Source of the DNA: a virus
Length of the DNA stretch: 64,000 nucleotides
Reading direction: 5' to 3' (one strand)
IMG/VR virus record: IMGVR_UViG_3300035696_000041
This document shows positions 27,578 to 36,863 of this stretch, in pieces (the stretch's first letter is position 1; each line of letters starts with the position of its first letter). Made by a program: the position numbers and the translations under genes. The notes under the pieces are model-generated. The model made no database searches. It was not told where the DNA came from and saw only the letters and a program-made list of their open reading frames with translations.

Positions 27578-28038
27578 GGTTGATAGAAACAGATATAGAA
27601 GTCAATCGGAGACTGGTCAAAGACATCCCCGATGATTTCTCGGACAATACGCCACGAGGCACCGCCACGGTCACAGCCCATTAGCTTGGGGCAACCGAGG
27701 GTGGACAGACTTTTGGCCTTGGCATCGAATTCAATCTTTCGCAAGCCACGGTCCAAGGCGTCATAGCTCGTGAAGCGAGCCATAGAACCATAGTTGTACT
27801 GCCCATAGAGGTTATAGATGTACTTATCATCCTTGACCGAATGGGCGACAGAGAACGTGCCAAGACGCTTTGAATCGCCTTTGGCACCCGACCTTACGTC
27901 AGCCTCATAGGCTTCGGGATACTTTTCACGGATGGAGCGGGCAACGCCCGACCCCATCGTGTGCATACAATTGGCTTGGTGGATAATACCCTGTAGTGGA
28001 TATTCCAACAGGTTAGCATCAATGTCGTGTACCATATG
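27574..28038 (-). CDS. macro domain protein (ADP-ribose binding/processing)
   Basis: IIHQANCMHTMGSGVARSIREKYPEAY fits the macro-domain N-terminal motif (vNaAN...GgGva.ai). Start trimmed to ATG 28038. Confidence 0.6.
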   Translation of the reverse strand, partial: HMVHDIDANLLEYPLQGIIHQANCMHTMGSGVARSIREKYPEAYEADVRSGAKGDSKRLGTFSVAHSVKDDKYIYNLYGQYNYGSMARFTSYDALDRGLRKIEFDAKAKSLSTLGCPKLMGCDRGGASWRIVREIIGDVFDQSPIDFYICFYQP

Positions 28039-28039
28039 C

Positions 28040-28417
28040 TTATGCGGTTGGGACCAACTTGACGGTGACGCCGATAGCCTCGAACTTCTCCATTGCGGTC
28101 TTGGCCACAGGATACTCGGCTCCCTTGATGACAACGGAGTCGGGCGTCTCAGCGAGTCGCTTGCCCTCGGCAAGGCCCACATTGGTCAACTCACGAATGA
28201 GTTTGATTGCGGGAATCTTGGCTTGGTTGACCGACACCAGTACGACATCATACGGGCAGTCGGACTGCTCGATTTGTTTCACGAACTTGTCAGCGGGTTC
28301 CAAAAGAGGATGCACGGTTTCAGTGATGCCCCACTTGTCACGGAGTTCTTTGGTGAGAGCAATCAGTTCGGTCATCTTGAGGTTGCTCAGAGCCTCAACC
28401 ATTTCTGTAACGTTCAT
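28040..28417 (-). CDS. rplL: ribosomal protein bL12 (L7/L12) homologue
   Basis: N-terminal dimerisation helix EMVEALSNLKMTELIALTKELRDKWG. C-terminal domain DVVLVSVNQAKIPAIKLIRELTNVGLAEGKRLAETPDSVVIKGAEYPVAKTAMEKFEAIGVTVKLV parallels [38 protein letters not shown]...EAGAEVEVK. Confidence 0.65.
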   Translation of the reverse strand: MNVTEMVEALSNLKMTELIALTKELRDKWGITETVHPLLEPADKFVKQIEQSDCPYDVVLVSVNQAKIPAIKLIRELTNVGLAEGKRLAETPDSVVIKGAEYPVAKTAMEKFEAIGVTVKLVPTA

Positions 28418-28421
28418 AACT

Positions 28422-28709
28422 TTAACTAAGCCAAGTTTGCTTGGTTCGGAGGATTTTATATGGATTGTACATGCTGACAACGAACCATCCACCACGGGAT
28501 GATAGCACACCACCATATCGGTATGCGTGTAACTCTTCGTCATCCGCTACTCGGAAATCGGGGCCGAGGGCTTCTCGGCTATGCTCGGGAGGATTCTTGT
28601 CAATGCTCGTGAGCAATAACTGTTCGATGGTGGTCCCTTTGTCCCACATTCGTTTGCGGTCTTCGTCAGTCCAAATGACAAACCCATACTTATCTTCGTT
28701 AGTCTCCAT
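28422..28709 (-). CDS. hypothetical protein
   Basis: 95-aa ORF. Confidence 0.35.
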   Translation of the reverse strand: METNEDKYGFVIWTDEDRKRMWDKGTTIEQLLLTSIDKNPPEHSREALGPDFRVADDEELHAYRYGGVLSSRGGWFVVSMYNPYKILRTKQTWLS

Positions 28710-28941
28710 CTGGTTTACTCACTTCCATTGGTTTTGCTTGAAAGCTGATACACCGACCATCTTCACCAATCTTACAGATGGAGGGAGTTATGCACTTCTT
28801 ATTCTGATTGAAGCGACAGCCTACGGCTTGGCAGTCAACGTCTTCCCAGTCCCGAGAGACGGGAAAGCCGTAAGGGCGTCTCCCGTAATCCATTAGTCCA
28901 TGCACCATATCTTCGTTCATAGTCTGTATTTGCTGCCCCAT
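28699..28941 (-). CDS. hypothetical Cys-rich protein
   Basis: 80-aa ORF. Confidence 0.3.
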   Translation of the reverse strand: MGQQIQTMNEDMVHGLMDYGRRPYGFPVSRDWEDVDCQAVGCRFNQNKKCITPSICKIGEDGRCISFQAKPMEVSKPDGD

Positions 28942-29261
28942 CGTTTGGACACCACATTGAACTTCTCTATTATAGCATCTTCCAAGTCAATGTCAAGGTT
29001 GTCTGCTAACAAACTGAGATAGGTCATGATGCCCGATATTTCGTAGGCCAAGTCCTTCTTCGGTATCTTGTCTCCACGGCTTATCTTCTTGAGGAAATTG
29101 CACAGTTCGCCCACTTCGCCCGAGAGAGCACACCCCCACTCCATCGGACTCCAATTGAGGGAGTGTTTAACATCGGACTTTGAGCGTGCCACATTGGTTC
29201 TGTGAAAACAGTCAAAGGTCAATGGCTTGCTGCACTTTACTTTTTTCATACTTTCAACCAC
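28917..29261 (-). CDS. MazG-like nucleotide pyrophosphohydrolase
   Basis: EWGCALSGEVGEL...DLAYEISGIMTYLSLLADNLDIDLEDAIIEKF matches the MazG EExxE/metal-binding helix pair. Confidence 0.55.
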   Translation of the reverse strand: MVESMKKVKCSKPLTFDCFHRTNVARSKSDVKHSLNWSPMEWGCALSGEVGELCNFLKKISRGDKIPKKDLAYEISGIMTYLSLLADNLDIDLEDAIIEKFNVVSKRWGSKYRL

Positions 29262-29686
29262 TTGAACTTGTCAGTTGGAACTTTGTAGAAGTATTCGCCG
29301 TCTCTTACATACTTGTTCTTATTCAGATGCAAGTTGTCATCGTTGATATATGGCTTCACGTCTTCGCCACGAACAATTCCGATATGGGAGAAGTCCCTTG
29401 AGAGAATGATATACTGAGCCTTACCATCCACAAGAAACTTTGCCTTTCTTTCCGGAACGTTAATGTCGGCGAACGGCCATTCTACGCCTTCCCATGACAA
29501 TCGGTGTTCCACTTCGACTTGTAATGTCCCATCGGGAGAGATAAGGTCAATCCCAAACTGATTAGGATTCTCCCTAAGAATAATGGGAGGCGTTTGCTTC
29601 TTAAAGTATTCGATTACTACTCTCCTTGACTGTGGGTCATTGCTGCTATGTAATGATTTACTAAACGGCTTTCGTTCTCCGAACAT
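29246..29686 (-). CDS. hypothetical protein (possible PD-(D/E)xK-like nuclease)
   Basis: GIDLISPDGTLQVEVEHR resembles a D...ExK core. Weak. Confidence 0.3.
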   Translation of the reverse strand: MFGERKPFSKSLHSSNDPQSRRVVIEYFKKQTPPIILRENPNQFGIDLISPDGTLQVEVEHRLSWEGVEWPFADINVPERKAKFLVDGKAQYIILSRDFSHIGIVRGEDVKPYINDDNLHLNKNKYVRDGEYFYKVPTDKFKWLKV

Positions 29687-29690
29687 GTGA

Positions 29691-30368
29691 TTACGTCTCC
29701 TTGTTAAGGAGCATCAATACTTTCTTCACGATGGCATCTTTGCCCTCGGGAGTCCCTTCAAACGTTTCAAAGGGAACTTGATGCTTCCAAAGCATATCGG
29801 CGATAAGCAAATCTAGCTCTTGTGACTCTTCAAAGTCATGATTACGACCCTTTGGGTTGAATGCTTTCCTACGCTTAAGGAAGGCATTATAAGTCCACAT
29901 TTTGTTGTGTTCTTCCACCGCAAGCTTTTCGAGGGTTGGTCGTTTCTCACCGTCATAGACGGGAGTCAAGAGGATAGGGCTGTCGGTAATAATACACTCA
30001 ACTTGCCCTATCAGCCGAAAAATTCGATGATACTGTTTGCCAAAAAGATAGATTTGGTCTTGGAAGGTTCGGTGTCGTTCTTCCCAACACAAATCCTTGG
30101 CGTACTCAGCCGCTAGTTCGCAGTTGACCCCTCGGGTCTTCAACTCGAAGAAGACTCCCGCAGCCGTGGTGCTTTTACCGGCACCGGGGCCAGCAAAGAG
30201 GTTCACCACCAAAGTCTTTGGGTCTCCCTTGGCAGTCAGCTTATCCGATAGCTCATGACGAATGACTTCGGTTTGACAGTCGGAATACCTATCCGATAGT
30301 TCTGTATGGTCGGGCATACAGCACGAATGAGTCTCACATGGAGCCGAGGATGATTGATTGTTACACAT
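29691..30368 (-). CDS. P-loop kinase-like protein (AAA_28 / NadR ribosylnicotinamide-kinase-domain-like)
   Basis: Walker A FAGPGAGKST followed by ELAAEYAKD, resembling the AAA_28 family signature. Confidence 0.4.
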   Translation of the reverse strand: MCNNQSSSAPCETHSCCMPDHTELSDRYSDCQTEVIRHELSDKLTAKGDPKTLVVNLFAGPGAGKSTTAAGVFFELKTRGVNCELAAEYAKDLCWEERHRTFQDQIYLFGKQYHRIFRLIGQVECIITDSPILLTPVYDGEKRPTLEKLAVEEHNKMWTYNAFLKRRKAFNPKGRNHDFEESQELDLLIADMLWKHQVPFETFEGTPEGKDAIVKKVLMLLNKET

Positions 30369-30885
30369 AACGTTTCAGGTCTTGTTTGACGGCCTTAGAA
30401 AGCATGGCCCGTATTTCTTTGCTTGGTTTGATTTTGCGTTTGATTTTCTTGGAGCAATCTTCGCAGAGAGTAGTAATCCATCCCTCGGTGCGGCCCACAT
30501 ACAGATGACCACCTTTGCCGCATAGTTCGCAAAAGTGTGTGGAAAGTGATTCGGCCATTGCTACACAGCCTCGGCAGAATTCATCACCGCCTTGGGAGTA
30601 AATGCGAAGGGCACCGAACTTCTCTTTGACTTGAAGAGCCACAAACTGTGAAATGATTTCTTTGGATGGCTTCTTCTTGTCAGCGAAATATGTCCTATGA
30701 TTCCAATCAATATGTTGCTGGATTTGATAACACAGCGAGTTGATGATAGGAAACCAACCGTTGCCGCACTCGAACCCACGGCCCATGCATGACTCACGGG
30801 GAGACTTAGAACGTTCAATGAAAATGCGAGGATAAGACTCGCAGAGATAGTTGTCTAAAATCTTGTTCATAGCATTGGGTAACAC
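30361..30885 (-). CDS. hypothetical Cys-rich protein
   Basis: 174 aa with several CxxC pairs. Confidence 0.4.
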   Translation of the reverse strand: MLPNAMNKILDNYLCESYPRIFIERSKSPRESCMGRGFECGNGWFPIINSLCYQIQQHIDWNHRTYFADKKKPSKEIISQFVALQVKEKFGALRIYSQGGDEFCRGCVAMAESLSTHFCELCGKGGHLYVGRTEGWITTLCEDCSKKIKRKIKPSKEIRAMLSKAVKQDLKRYV

Positions 30886-31151
30886 TTCTTACAGTAAAGA
30901 ATACCTTTCTGTCCACCGACAGATTGGATGCCGATGTATCCACGCCCATAGCACTTCTTGCAGTTGGCCTTTGGGGGATAGGGCACCTTGAAAGGAACGT
31001 CAAGCCGACTTCCGGAAAGGTCAGTGGTAACGGCTTTCATCACTTGGGGACCACGGAGGGGAGGGGGCTTGCCAGTGACATCATTGATTAGGACGTATTC
31101 GGACTTGGGAGCCTCTTTCTTTGGCTGTTGCGGAACGTATTCGATTTCCAT
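30867..31151 (-). CDS. hypothetical protein with C-terminal zinc ribbon
   Basis: CKKCYGRG...CKKCY. Confidence 0.4.
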   Translation of the reverse strand: MEIEYVPQQPKKEAPKSEYVLINDVTGKPPPLRGPQVMKAVTTDLSGSRLDVPFKVPYPPKANCKKCYGRGYIGIQSVGGQKGILYCKKCYPML

Positions 31152-31200
31152 ATAGTGTAAGTATCTTTGAGGGAAACGAAAAACCCTTCATGGTAGTTGT

Positions 31201-31232
31201 TATACTACCACGAGGGGCCGAAACAGTCAACT
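31201..31232 (-). promoter_or_regulatory. sigma70-type promoter (member l)
   Basis: TTGACT-17-CGTGGTAGTAT. Confidence 0.35.
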
Positions 31233-31245
31233 AATTATAACCCCT

Positions 31246-32451
31246 TTACTTGGCGACTGGGGTGGGGGCCACGACCGCCCGAATGGCACCCATGAAGTTA
31301 TCCGACAAAATCGTGGGATTGAAGTTGTTCGGGAGATAACCTTGGATGTTCTGATAGCCAGACGAAAGTGCCTTGGCGACTTCGACAGTCACATAAGCAT
31401 TCGTTCCAGCAGTCATGTAGGATTGAAGCAACAATTGCTTGGCAGCAGCCTCGGCCTTACCAACGGCCAAGATACCCTCGGCTTCGGCGGTCATACCGAG
31501 TTTCTTGCCTTCGCCTTGCAATTCGGCTTGTTTCTTGGAGGCTTCGGCGGCGACTTCGACTTGCGTAGCAGCAGCCTTGGCGGCAATGGTGACTTGCTGT
31601 GCAGCAGCCTCAGCAGCCACGGTGACTTGCTCGGCAGCAGCTTTGGCCTTGATGACGACCAACTTGGCATCCCGTTCGCCAGCGACGACTTGGGTATTCA
31701 AATCGGCTTGGGCCTTGGACTTGGCGACCAGAGCATCGGCCTCGGCGGCTTTCTGTTCCTCAATAGCACGTTGCTGTGATTGAATGGCGGTGGTTTTCTT
31801 GCTAATCTGCTCCATGTATTGCGGGTCAAGCCCGATATGCTCAATCACGAAGTTCTCAACAATGACACCACGTTCACGAAGTTCCTTGCCTTCAACGGCA
31901 TCGGAGCCAGCGAGGGCATTCTGAATGGAAGATTGCAGCTTGACCAAGCCTTCACCCGAGTAAGCCTCAATGGCCTTCATACGGGTAGCTTCATCCTTGA
32001 CGACACGCATAACCACGGGGCGAAGGATTTTCTCTTCAATGTGACCTGGGTTGGAAATGTCACCACGGACGGTCTTATGAATGGAAACCAACTTGGCGGG
32101 GTCAATACGCCATCGGAGGTTCATGCTAATCTTCATGTCCTGACCTTCGGAGGACTGGACGAGATAGGCATCCTTTTCACGGCCCGCCGACATTTTCTCC
32201 TGGGCCATAGGCTTGTCGTTCATTACGTACACTTGGCTAGAAGCGTCGTACTTATAGACTGTTTGCGACCATCCCGGGAACAGGAAGTAGGTCTTGGGCT
32301 GCATGATGTCGGCTTCAACACCATGAGACCACGTTTCCTTGATACCGAGTTGACTACCTTCGATTGTCACGACCTTGAACGAGGTAAGCGTCAAGACGAG
32401 TGCCACGATAAGGACGATGGCACTAATGATTAACTTGAATGGATTATTCAT
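31246..32451 (-). CDS. SPFH/Band-7 (flotillin/prohibitin-like) membrane protein with Ala/Gln/Glu-rich coiled-coil tail
   Basis: N-terminal TM helix, SPFH core (VENFVIEHIGLDPQY), long AEQ repeat region. Start trimmed to ATG 32451. Confidence 0.6.
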   Translation of the reverse strand: MNNPFKLIISAIVLIVALVLTLTSFKVVTIEGSQLGIKETWSHGVEADIMQPKTYFLFPGWSQTVYKYDASSQVYVMNDKPMAQEKMSAGREKDAYLVQSSEGQDMKISMNLRWRIDPAKLVSIHKTVRGDISNPGHIEEKILRPVVMRVVKDEATRMKAIEAYSGEGLVKLQSSIQNALAGSDAVEGKELRERGVIVENFVIEHIGLDPQYMEQISKKTTAIQSQQRAIEEQKAAEADALVAKSKAQADLNTQVVAGERDAKLVVIKAKAAAEQVTVAAEAAAQQVTIAAKAAATQVEVAAEASKKQAELQGEGKKLGMTAEAEGILAVGKAEAAAKQLLLQSYMTAGTNAYVTVEVAKALSSGYQNIQGYLPNNFNPTILSDNFMGAIRAVVAPTPVAK

Positions 32452-32536
32452 ACTTGTTTGTGTGTTTGTTGACTGTCTGTTTCTTTCTGCTTGTTGTCTT
32501 TCCTCATAGGCTCCGTCGCCAATGAAAAAGCTTGGG

Positions 32537-32785
32537 TTAGAACTTTGGTTCTTCTTTCGTGGGGGCATTTGGTGCCTCACTTTCTTGTGCGGGAGGTTCT
32601 GGGGTTTTCTTCACCACGGCACGAATGGTGGAGAGGGTCCAATACGCCAGCCATGCTAGGCCAGCGAATAGGACAACGATTTCGACGCCTTCCATCATGG
32701 GAGCCTTGACCCTCAAAGTAACGAGGAACAAGATTGCCCAAACGGCACCGATGGACAGGAGAACTTTCAATTTCTTGTCTTGCAT
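32537..32785 (-). CDS. small membrane protein (possible NfeD-like partner of SPFH protein)
   Basis: Two TM helices. Immediately upstream of the SPFH gene. Confidence 0.35.
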   Translation of the reverse strand: MQDKKLKVLLSIGAVWAILFLVTLRVKAPMMEGVEIVVLFAGLAWLAYWTLSTIRAVVKKTPEPPAQESEAPNAPTKEEPKF

Positions 32786-32787
32786 AA

Positions 32788-33528
32788 CTATCCCTTTTCT
32801 ACAGGAGCCTCGGGACGATGGTGGTCCATCACCACGATTGGCTTTTTATCCATCACCGCTTTGATTTCGGCGAAGGTCCACGGGGCTTTATGCCCGTCCC
32901 ACCCCACGTCCAGAATCTTTCCGGGCGTCTCGGCGAGACTGTACTCGCACCCATAGTGCGAGTGGCCGCAGAGCATCCAAGCACCATGCTGCATTTCCTC
33001 CCATACGTGAATGGGAAAGTGGTCCAACACGCAGAACTGTCCATTAAGGATAAGTTTCACACGGTCGCCAAGATACAACATGTTCTTGTACTTGAAAGGA
33101 TACGTTTCCACTTGGATAGGTTCAATGTAATTGGCACCCATTGCCTTGCGGAAGATAGCCTTCTCGTGAGGGTTGTTGTGATTACCCCACAAGCACCACA
33201 ACTGACAGTTGAATCAGGCCAGATAAGCATTGAATTGCTCAACCGTGGTGTTAAGGCAAAAGTCTCCCAGCATGAATACGATGTCGTTAGGTCCGTACAC
33301 CGCATTCACTTTGTTGATGATGTCGTCGTCGTGCTCTTGCACGCTCTTGTATCCACGGGCTTCCCACAGAGGCACAGCCCACTTGGGGTTATGGCCCAAG
33401 TGTGGGTCCGATATGATACCGACTTTTTGCTTTTCGCTTTCTCGAATGTTTATTAACATATGCTTTCTTTTCTTTCTTCTTCTTACAACGGGGCTGAGAC
33501 TAAGAACTCCCAACACCGAGGCGTACAA
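32788..33528 (-). pseudogene. calcineurin-like metallophosphoesterase interrupted by an in-frame TGA
   Basis: ISDPHLGHN (motif I), MLGDFCLN (motif II), GNHN (motif III), CGHSH, spanning two ORFs (33214..33528 and 32788..33201) in the same frame and separated only by TGA at 33211-33213. Confidence 0.5.
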
Positions 33529-34075
33529 ATTCTTTCACGACACCGAGGGTCTTCAACGTGTCCACTCGGCAATCATGGTCCTCGCCAGCGACCTTCAACT
33601 TGAAGTAATCGTCATGGAGAGCCTGAATGCTTCCGTCACCATTCTCGGGCATCTTGCCGTAAATGCGAAGGATTTGGAGCCATACGGACGTGTCAACGTA
33701 GTGATACGTGCAGAACTGCTCCCATGAACCTTGCGAGCAAAGACGACCGATGACGTGCTCAATGTCGCCCTTGACTCCATGCCCTACGGGGGTCATTCGC
33801 CCAAGCTTCTGGTACATCCGTTGGATGAACTGAAAGAAGGGCGTCTTGGCGTCCTTGTAGGCGATTGCCCGCTTGTCGTGCTCGGCAAGGTTAATCTTGT
33901 TCACGGACATGCCTTGCCCGTTCACGATGTAGGTGCCATCGTCGGGCTTGACTTCGAGATACAAATCTCCGACCTTTTGGAATCGGGAATCTGTAGCGAG
34001 GAAATAGGCCGTTAGCAGAGAGTACTTCAACTCCCTACCGCCCATTTCGCAGTCCATGAAAAGATATGCAATCAT
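33500..34075 (-). CDS. DEDDh 3'-5' exonuclease (DnaQ-like)
   Basis: Exo I FMDCEMGG and Exo III HDCRVDTLKTL. Start at ATG 34075, 4 nt downstream of the predicted TSS. Confidence 0.55.
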   Translation of the reverse strand: MIAYLFMDCEMGGRELKYSLLTAYFLATDSRFQKVGDLYLEVKPDDGTYIVNGQGMSVNKINLAEHDKRAIAYKDAKTPFFQFIQRMYQKLGRMTPVGHGVKGDIEHVIGRLCSQGSWEQFCTYHYVDTSVWLQILRIYGKMPENGDGSIQALHDDYFKLKVAGEDHDCRVDTLKTLGVVKEFVRLGVGSS

Positions 34076-34083
34076 TGTGAAGC

Positions 34084-34116
34084 CAATATAGCACAGCCTC
34101 TTACAGAAGTCAAGTA
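34084..34116 (-). promoter_or_regulatory. sigma70-type promoter (member h), leaderless
   Basis: TTGACT-17-TGTGCTATATT. Confidence 0.45.
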
Positions 34117-34592
34117 CCTTTAATGTAGCGGCTAAGATGACGCCGTTTCCACCACGCCAACACCTTGCCCGATTGGCGGGTATCACTGCCAGAAGCGGCT
34201 TCATCTATGATGTTTACGCTTTCTCCTTTGGCAACATGCTTGAGCGTCAATGTGCCTAGCTTTACAAACATGCAAGGCTTTTGTATCCACCCCTCTTGCG
34301 TCACCGAACAATCGAACACCCCATGAGCCTCGGTTGCCTTTGTCTTTCGGTAGGTGCGGTAGATAACATACTTATCTCCAGGGCAATAAGGCACGGCAGT
34401 TAGGCAGTGCTCGACCGAAGGTGCTACGCATGTGCGAGGAACGTCGGGTTCAGTACAAGCACGATTGAACCCCTTGGAGTTGTCCCACGGCTTTAGGTAC
34501 ACCTGTTTGTCGGTTAGGGTTGAGGAAATATGATACCAATATCTCGGCGATGCGAAGATAGACCTCTTGCGTGACTGTCTCTGCTTAGTCAT
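34110..34592 (-). CDS. hypothetical protein
   Basis: 160-aa ORF. Confidence 0.4.
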   Translation of the reverse strand: MTKQRQSRKRSIFASPRYWYHISSTLTDKQVYLKPWDNSKGFNRACTEPDVPRTCVAPSVEHCLTAVPYCPGDKYVIYRTYRKTKATEAHGVFDCSVTQEGWIQKPCMFVKLGTLTLKHVAKGESVNIIDEAASGSDTRQSGKVLAWWKRRHLSRYIKGT

Positions 34593-34606
34593 AAGTCGTC
34601 TAGCTA

Positions 34607-35080
34607 TTACTGGTAGAGAGGCAAATCGCTTACCAGTTCAGCTTGGTCAGAACTACCATCGGCTACCAGTAAGTAGCCACAAGTAAGTTCCTTCCGAAAA
34701 AGCATTACTCGATTGTCTTCCTTCACAATCATCGGAGCCGTCAACTTCCTCGGGGGAATGAGGGCGGCAATCTCCGTGGTCGTATTGAAGGGGTATGTGG
34801 GGTCATAGACGCAACCAAAAGGCACCGTGCCGTCACGCATCTGTGCTCGGCGAATGCGATAGATAAGCGTATCCTTATCAACAGCAAGAACGATGGTGGT
34901 GCCGAAGGAATCTTGACATTGGTGTTTCCAATCCACCACACCCCGATTGAGACCCCACTGGGCATCCAATAGGTTAGCAGCGTGTGCCGCTTGGGCCATA
35001 GCCTTGCCTGGATTCAGAGACGGAAGGTCATTCCGCATCAGAATGTAAAACTTATACTCAATCTTCGGATTCTTTCTCAT
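34607..35080 (-). CDS. peptidyl-tRNA hydrolase, PTH2 family
   Basis: YILMRNDLPSLNPGKAMAQAAHAAN matches the PTH2 core. Confidence 0.6.
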   Translation of the reverse strand: MRKNPKIEYKFYILMRNDLPSLNPGKAMAQAAHAANLLDAQWGLNRGVVDWKHQCQDSFGTTIVLAVDKDTLIYRIRRAQMRDGTVPFGCVYDPTYPFNTTTEIAALIPPRKLTAPMIVKEDNRVMLFRKELTCGYLLVADGSSDQAELVSDLPLYQ

Positions 35081-35196
35081 ACGTCACCGTACACTTCGTG
35101 CCCTTGCGGTTAATACTCACCATCTTGTAGCCGGGTCTTGATAGACCGCACAATGCTGCCACAGCCCCTTGCTCGGGGTGCATGGTGAACACTTCC

Positions 35197-35484
35197 TTAA
35201 GAATCTTTTTCTTCGCTCTCGTCTTTTTCTTCGCCATTGTAATAGTTGTGTGTGCTCATGTTAATGACGCCCGTCCACGGCCAGTCGCCATTCCACCACG
35301 CCACGATTGAAAAACATACGATGGCGATGGCGGCAACGAGTGGCCAACCTTGGAGGCCCATTTTTGCGAGTGAATCGAGTTCAAACATATTGCTACCTTC
35401 TCTGAATGCCCTTGCGGTCTCCAACCATGCAGTTGAAGGGGTTGATTTGCCCGTGGTTCGGAATGCCTTTGCCCGTGAACCCAC
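35197..35484 (-). CDS. hypothetical membrane protein
   Basis: 95 aa with a central TM helix. Overlaps the ligase 3' end, so uncertain. Confidence 0.25.
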   Translation of the reverse strand: MGSRAKAFRTTGKSTPSTAWLETARAFREGSNMFELDSLAKMGLQGWPLVAAIAIVCFSIVAWWNGDWPWTGVINMSTHNYYNGEEKDESEEKDS

Positions 35485-36634
35485 AATAGGTCATGGTGAC
35501 AGTCTGCCCGACCCACTTGTCTTGCTCACCCAAAATCTGCTTCACCGTCTCGAAGTCACCTTTCATGGTTGCCTCGAACTTCTGTCCCTTGCTGTCTTGC
35601 ACCGAGACCGTCTTGGCAGTGCCGCCCCAGTTACCAGAGCCAGGGTCCACGAAACCGAGGATAAGCACTTCCATGTCGTCGAACGGCTTAAGCTTAATCA
35701 AGTCGTCGGTTCGCTCGTGCTGATAAGGAGCATCGGCATTGCGAAGGATGGCACCCTCGTACCCGTCCTCGATGAAGTCCTCGAACAGCCGCTTGGCTTC
35801 CTCGATGGTGTAGGCCATCAGATATGGCACGGGGACGATGTACTTAATGCCAGTGAGAAACTTGTGGAGGGCATCCCGCCGCTCTCGGCATGGGGTGTTC
35901 TCAGTGATTTCCACACCGTCAACGGTGAAGCCGTAGGCGTCGTACACGTAGTACTTGACAATCCTCTCGCTCTTGGCCAACAGTTCGGGGGTCAATTCCT
36001 TTAGGGAAGTCTTGCGAACGATTTTGATTAGCTCGTTCAGCTTGTGCCGATAGTCGTGGTTGTACAGTTCCCCGTCCAACACGAGTTTAGGAAACGTTTG
36101 GAACATAGACTCAAGGGTCTGCCAAATGTGGGGGGCCGAAAGGATTGGCTCGCCTTCACGGGTGTACGGCCCCATCGTGGAAACCACTTGCCGCATACCG
36201 TTGTACTTGCGGTCCACCATGACGGGCAAGCGAACCTTCGGGGTGCGGTCTTCAATGTGAGTGTAGGCTTTCCCGTCCTTGTCCTTCTTGGTCTTCTCGC
36301 TAATCAGAGGATAGGCGAGCATGGGCTTGATGAAGCGGTAGCCTTTGTCAATCTCCTTGATGTCTTCCCAGTAGCCGCCCGTTTTCAGCTTGTCCTTCCA
36401 CTTGGACATAGCCTCGGCCTCGGCTTGCTGTTCAGGAGTCGTTTGGTGCTTCTTGCCGACGTTCTTGGACTCGCAGACGGTCCATTTGGACGTGACCTTG
36501 TTGCCCCCTTGCTGCCCCGTAATCATCCGATACTTGTTGCCCTCGACTTCGACGTTCCATTCGAGGACAGTCTTGCCATCACTGGCTCGGGCGTACAGGG
36601 TCGGCAGGTCAAACTTGAATAGGGAGTTGCTCAT
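35393..36634 (-). CDS. ATP-dependent DNA ligase
   Basis: Motif I VDRKYNGMR (KxDG), motif III LVLDGELY, motif IV EGAILRN, motif V DLIKLK. Confidence 0.7.
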   Translation of the reverse strand: MSNSLFKFDLPTLYARASDGKTVLEWNVEVEGNKYRMITGQQGGNKVTSKWTVCESKNVGKKHQTTPEQQAEAEAMSKWKDKLKTGGYWEDIKEIDKGYRFIKPMLAYPLISEKTKKDKDGKAYTHIEDRTPKVRLPVMVDRKYNGMRQVVSTMGPYTREGEPILSAPHIWQTLESMFQTFPKLVLDGELYNHDYRHKLNELIKIVRKTSLKELTPELLAKSERIVKYYVYDAYGFTVDGVEITENTPCRERRDALHKFLTGIKYIVPVPYLMAYTIEEAKRLFEDFIEDGYEGAILRNADAPYQHERTDDLIKLKPFDDMEVLILGFVDPGSGNWGGTAKTVSVQDSKGQKFEATMKGDFETVKQILGEQDKWVGQTVTMTYCGFTGKGIPNHGQINPFNCMVGDRKGIQRR

Positions 36635-36635
36635 A

Positions 36636-36827
36636 TTAGCGAACGAGGGTCTCGAAGGTGTGGTTTTCGGTAACGCTCCCGCAAGTCACCGTCATGGTGT
36701 CATATGGAAGGTCGGCTTCACGGTTAATCATTGCCATTGCCAAGTCCACGGCTCCCTTTTCAGAATCCGCCGCCCCGAAGTACTCGGTTGGTTCAACTTC
36801 AAACGTAATGACGATTTTTCGTTTCAT
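36636..36827 (-). CDS. hypothetical protein
   Basis: Start at ATG 36827, coinciding with the predicted TSS. Confidence 0.35.
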   Translation of the reverse strand: MKRKIVITFEVEPTEYFGAADSEKGAVDLAMAMINREADLPYDTMTVTCGSVTENHTFETLVR

Positions 36828-36831
36828 GAGC

Positions 36832-36863
36832 CTACTATAACACACCTTGGGCAGTTGTCAAGA
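36832..36863 (-). promoter_or_regulatory. sigma70-type promoter (member i), leaderless
   Basis: TTGACA-16-GTGTGTTATAGT. Confidence 0.45.

Noticed and set aside
33199-33216. Genome-wide TGA-to-sense recoding (alternative genetic code) suggested by the in-frame TGA in the phosphoesterase.
   Set aside because: TGA terminates other well-supported genes at sensible positions, for example the nadE fragment at 2511-2513. A global code change is therefore unlikely. Only a local event (mutation, error or site-specific recoding) is considered.
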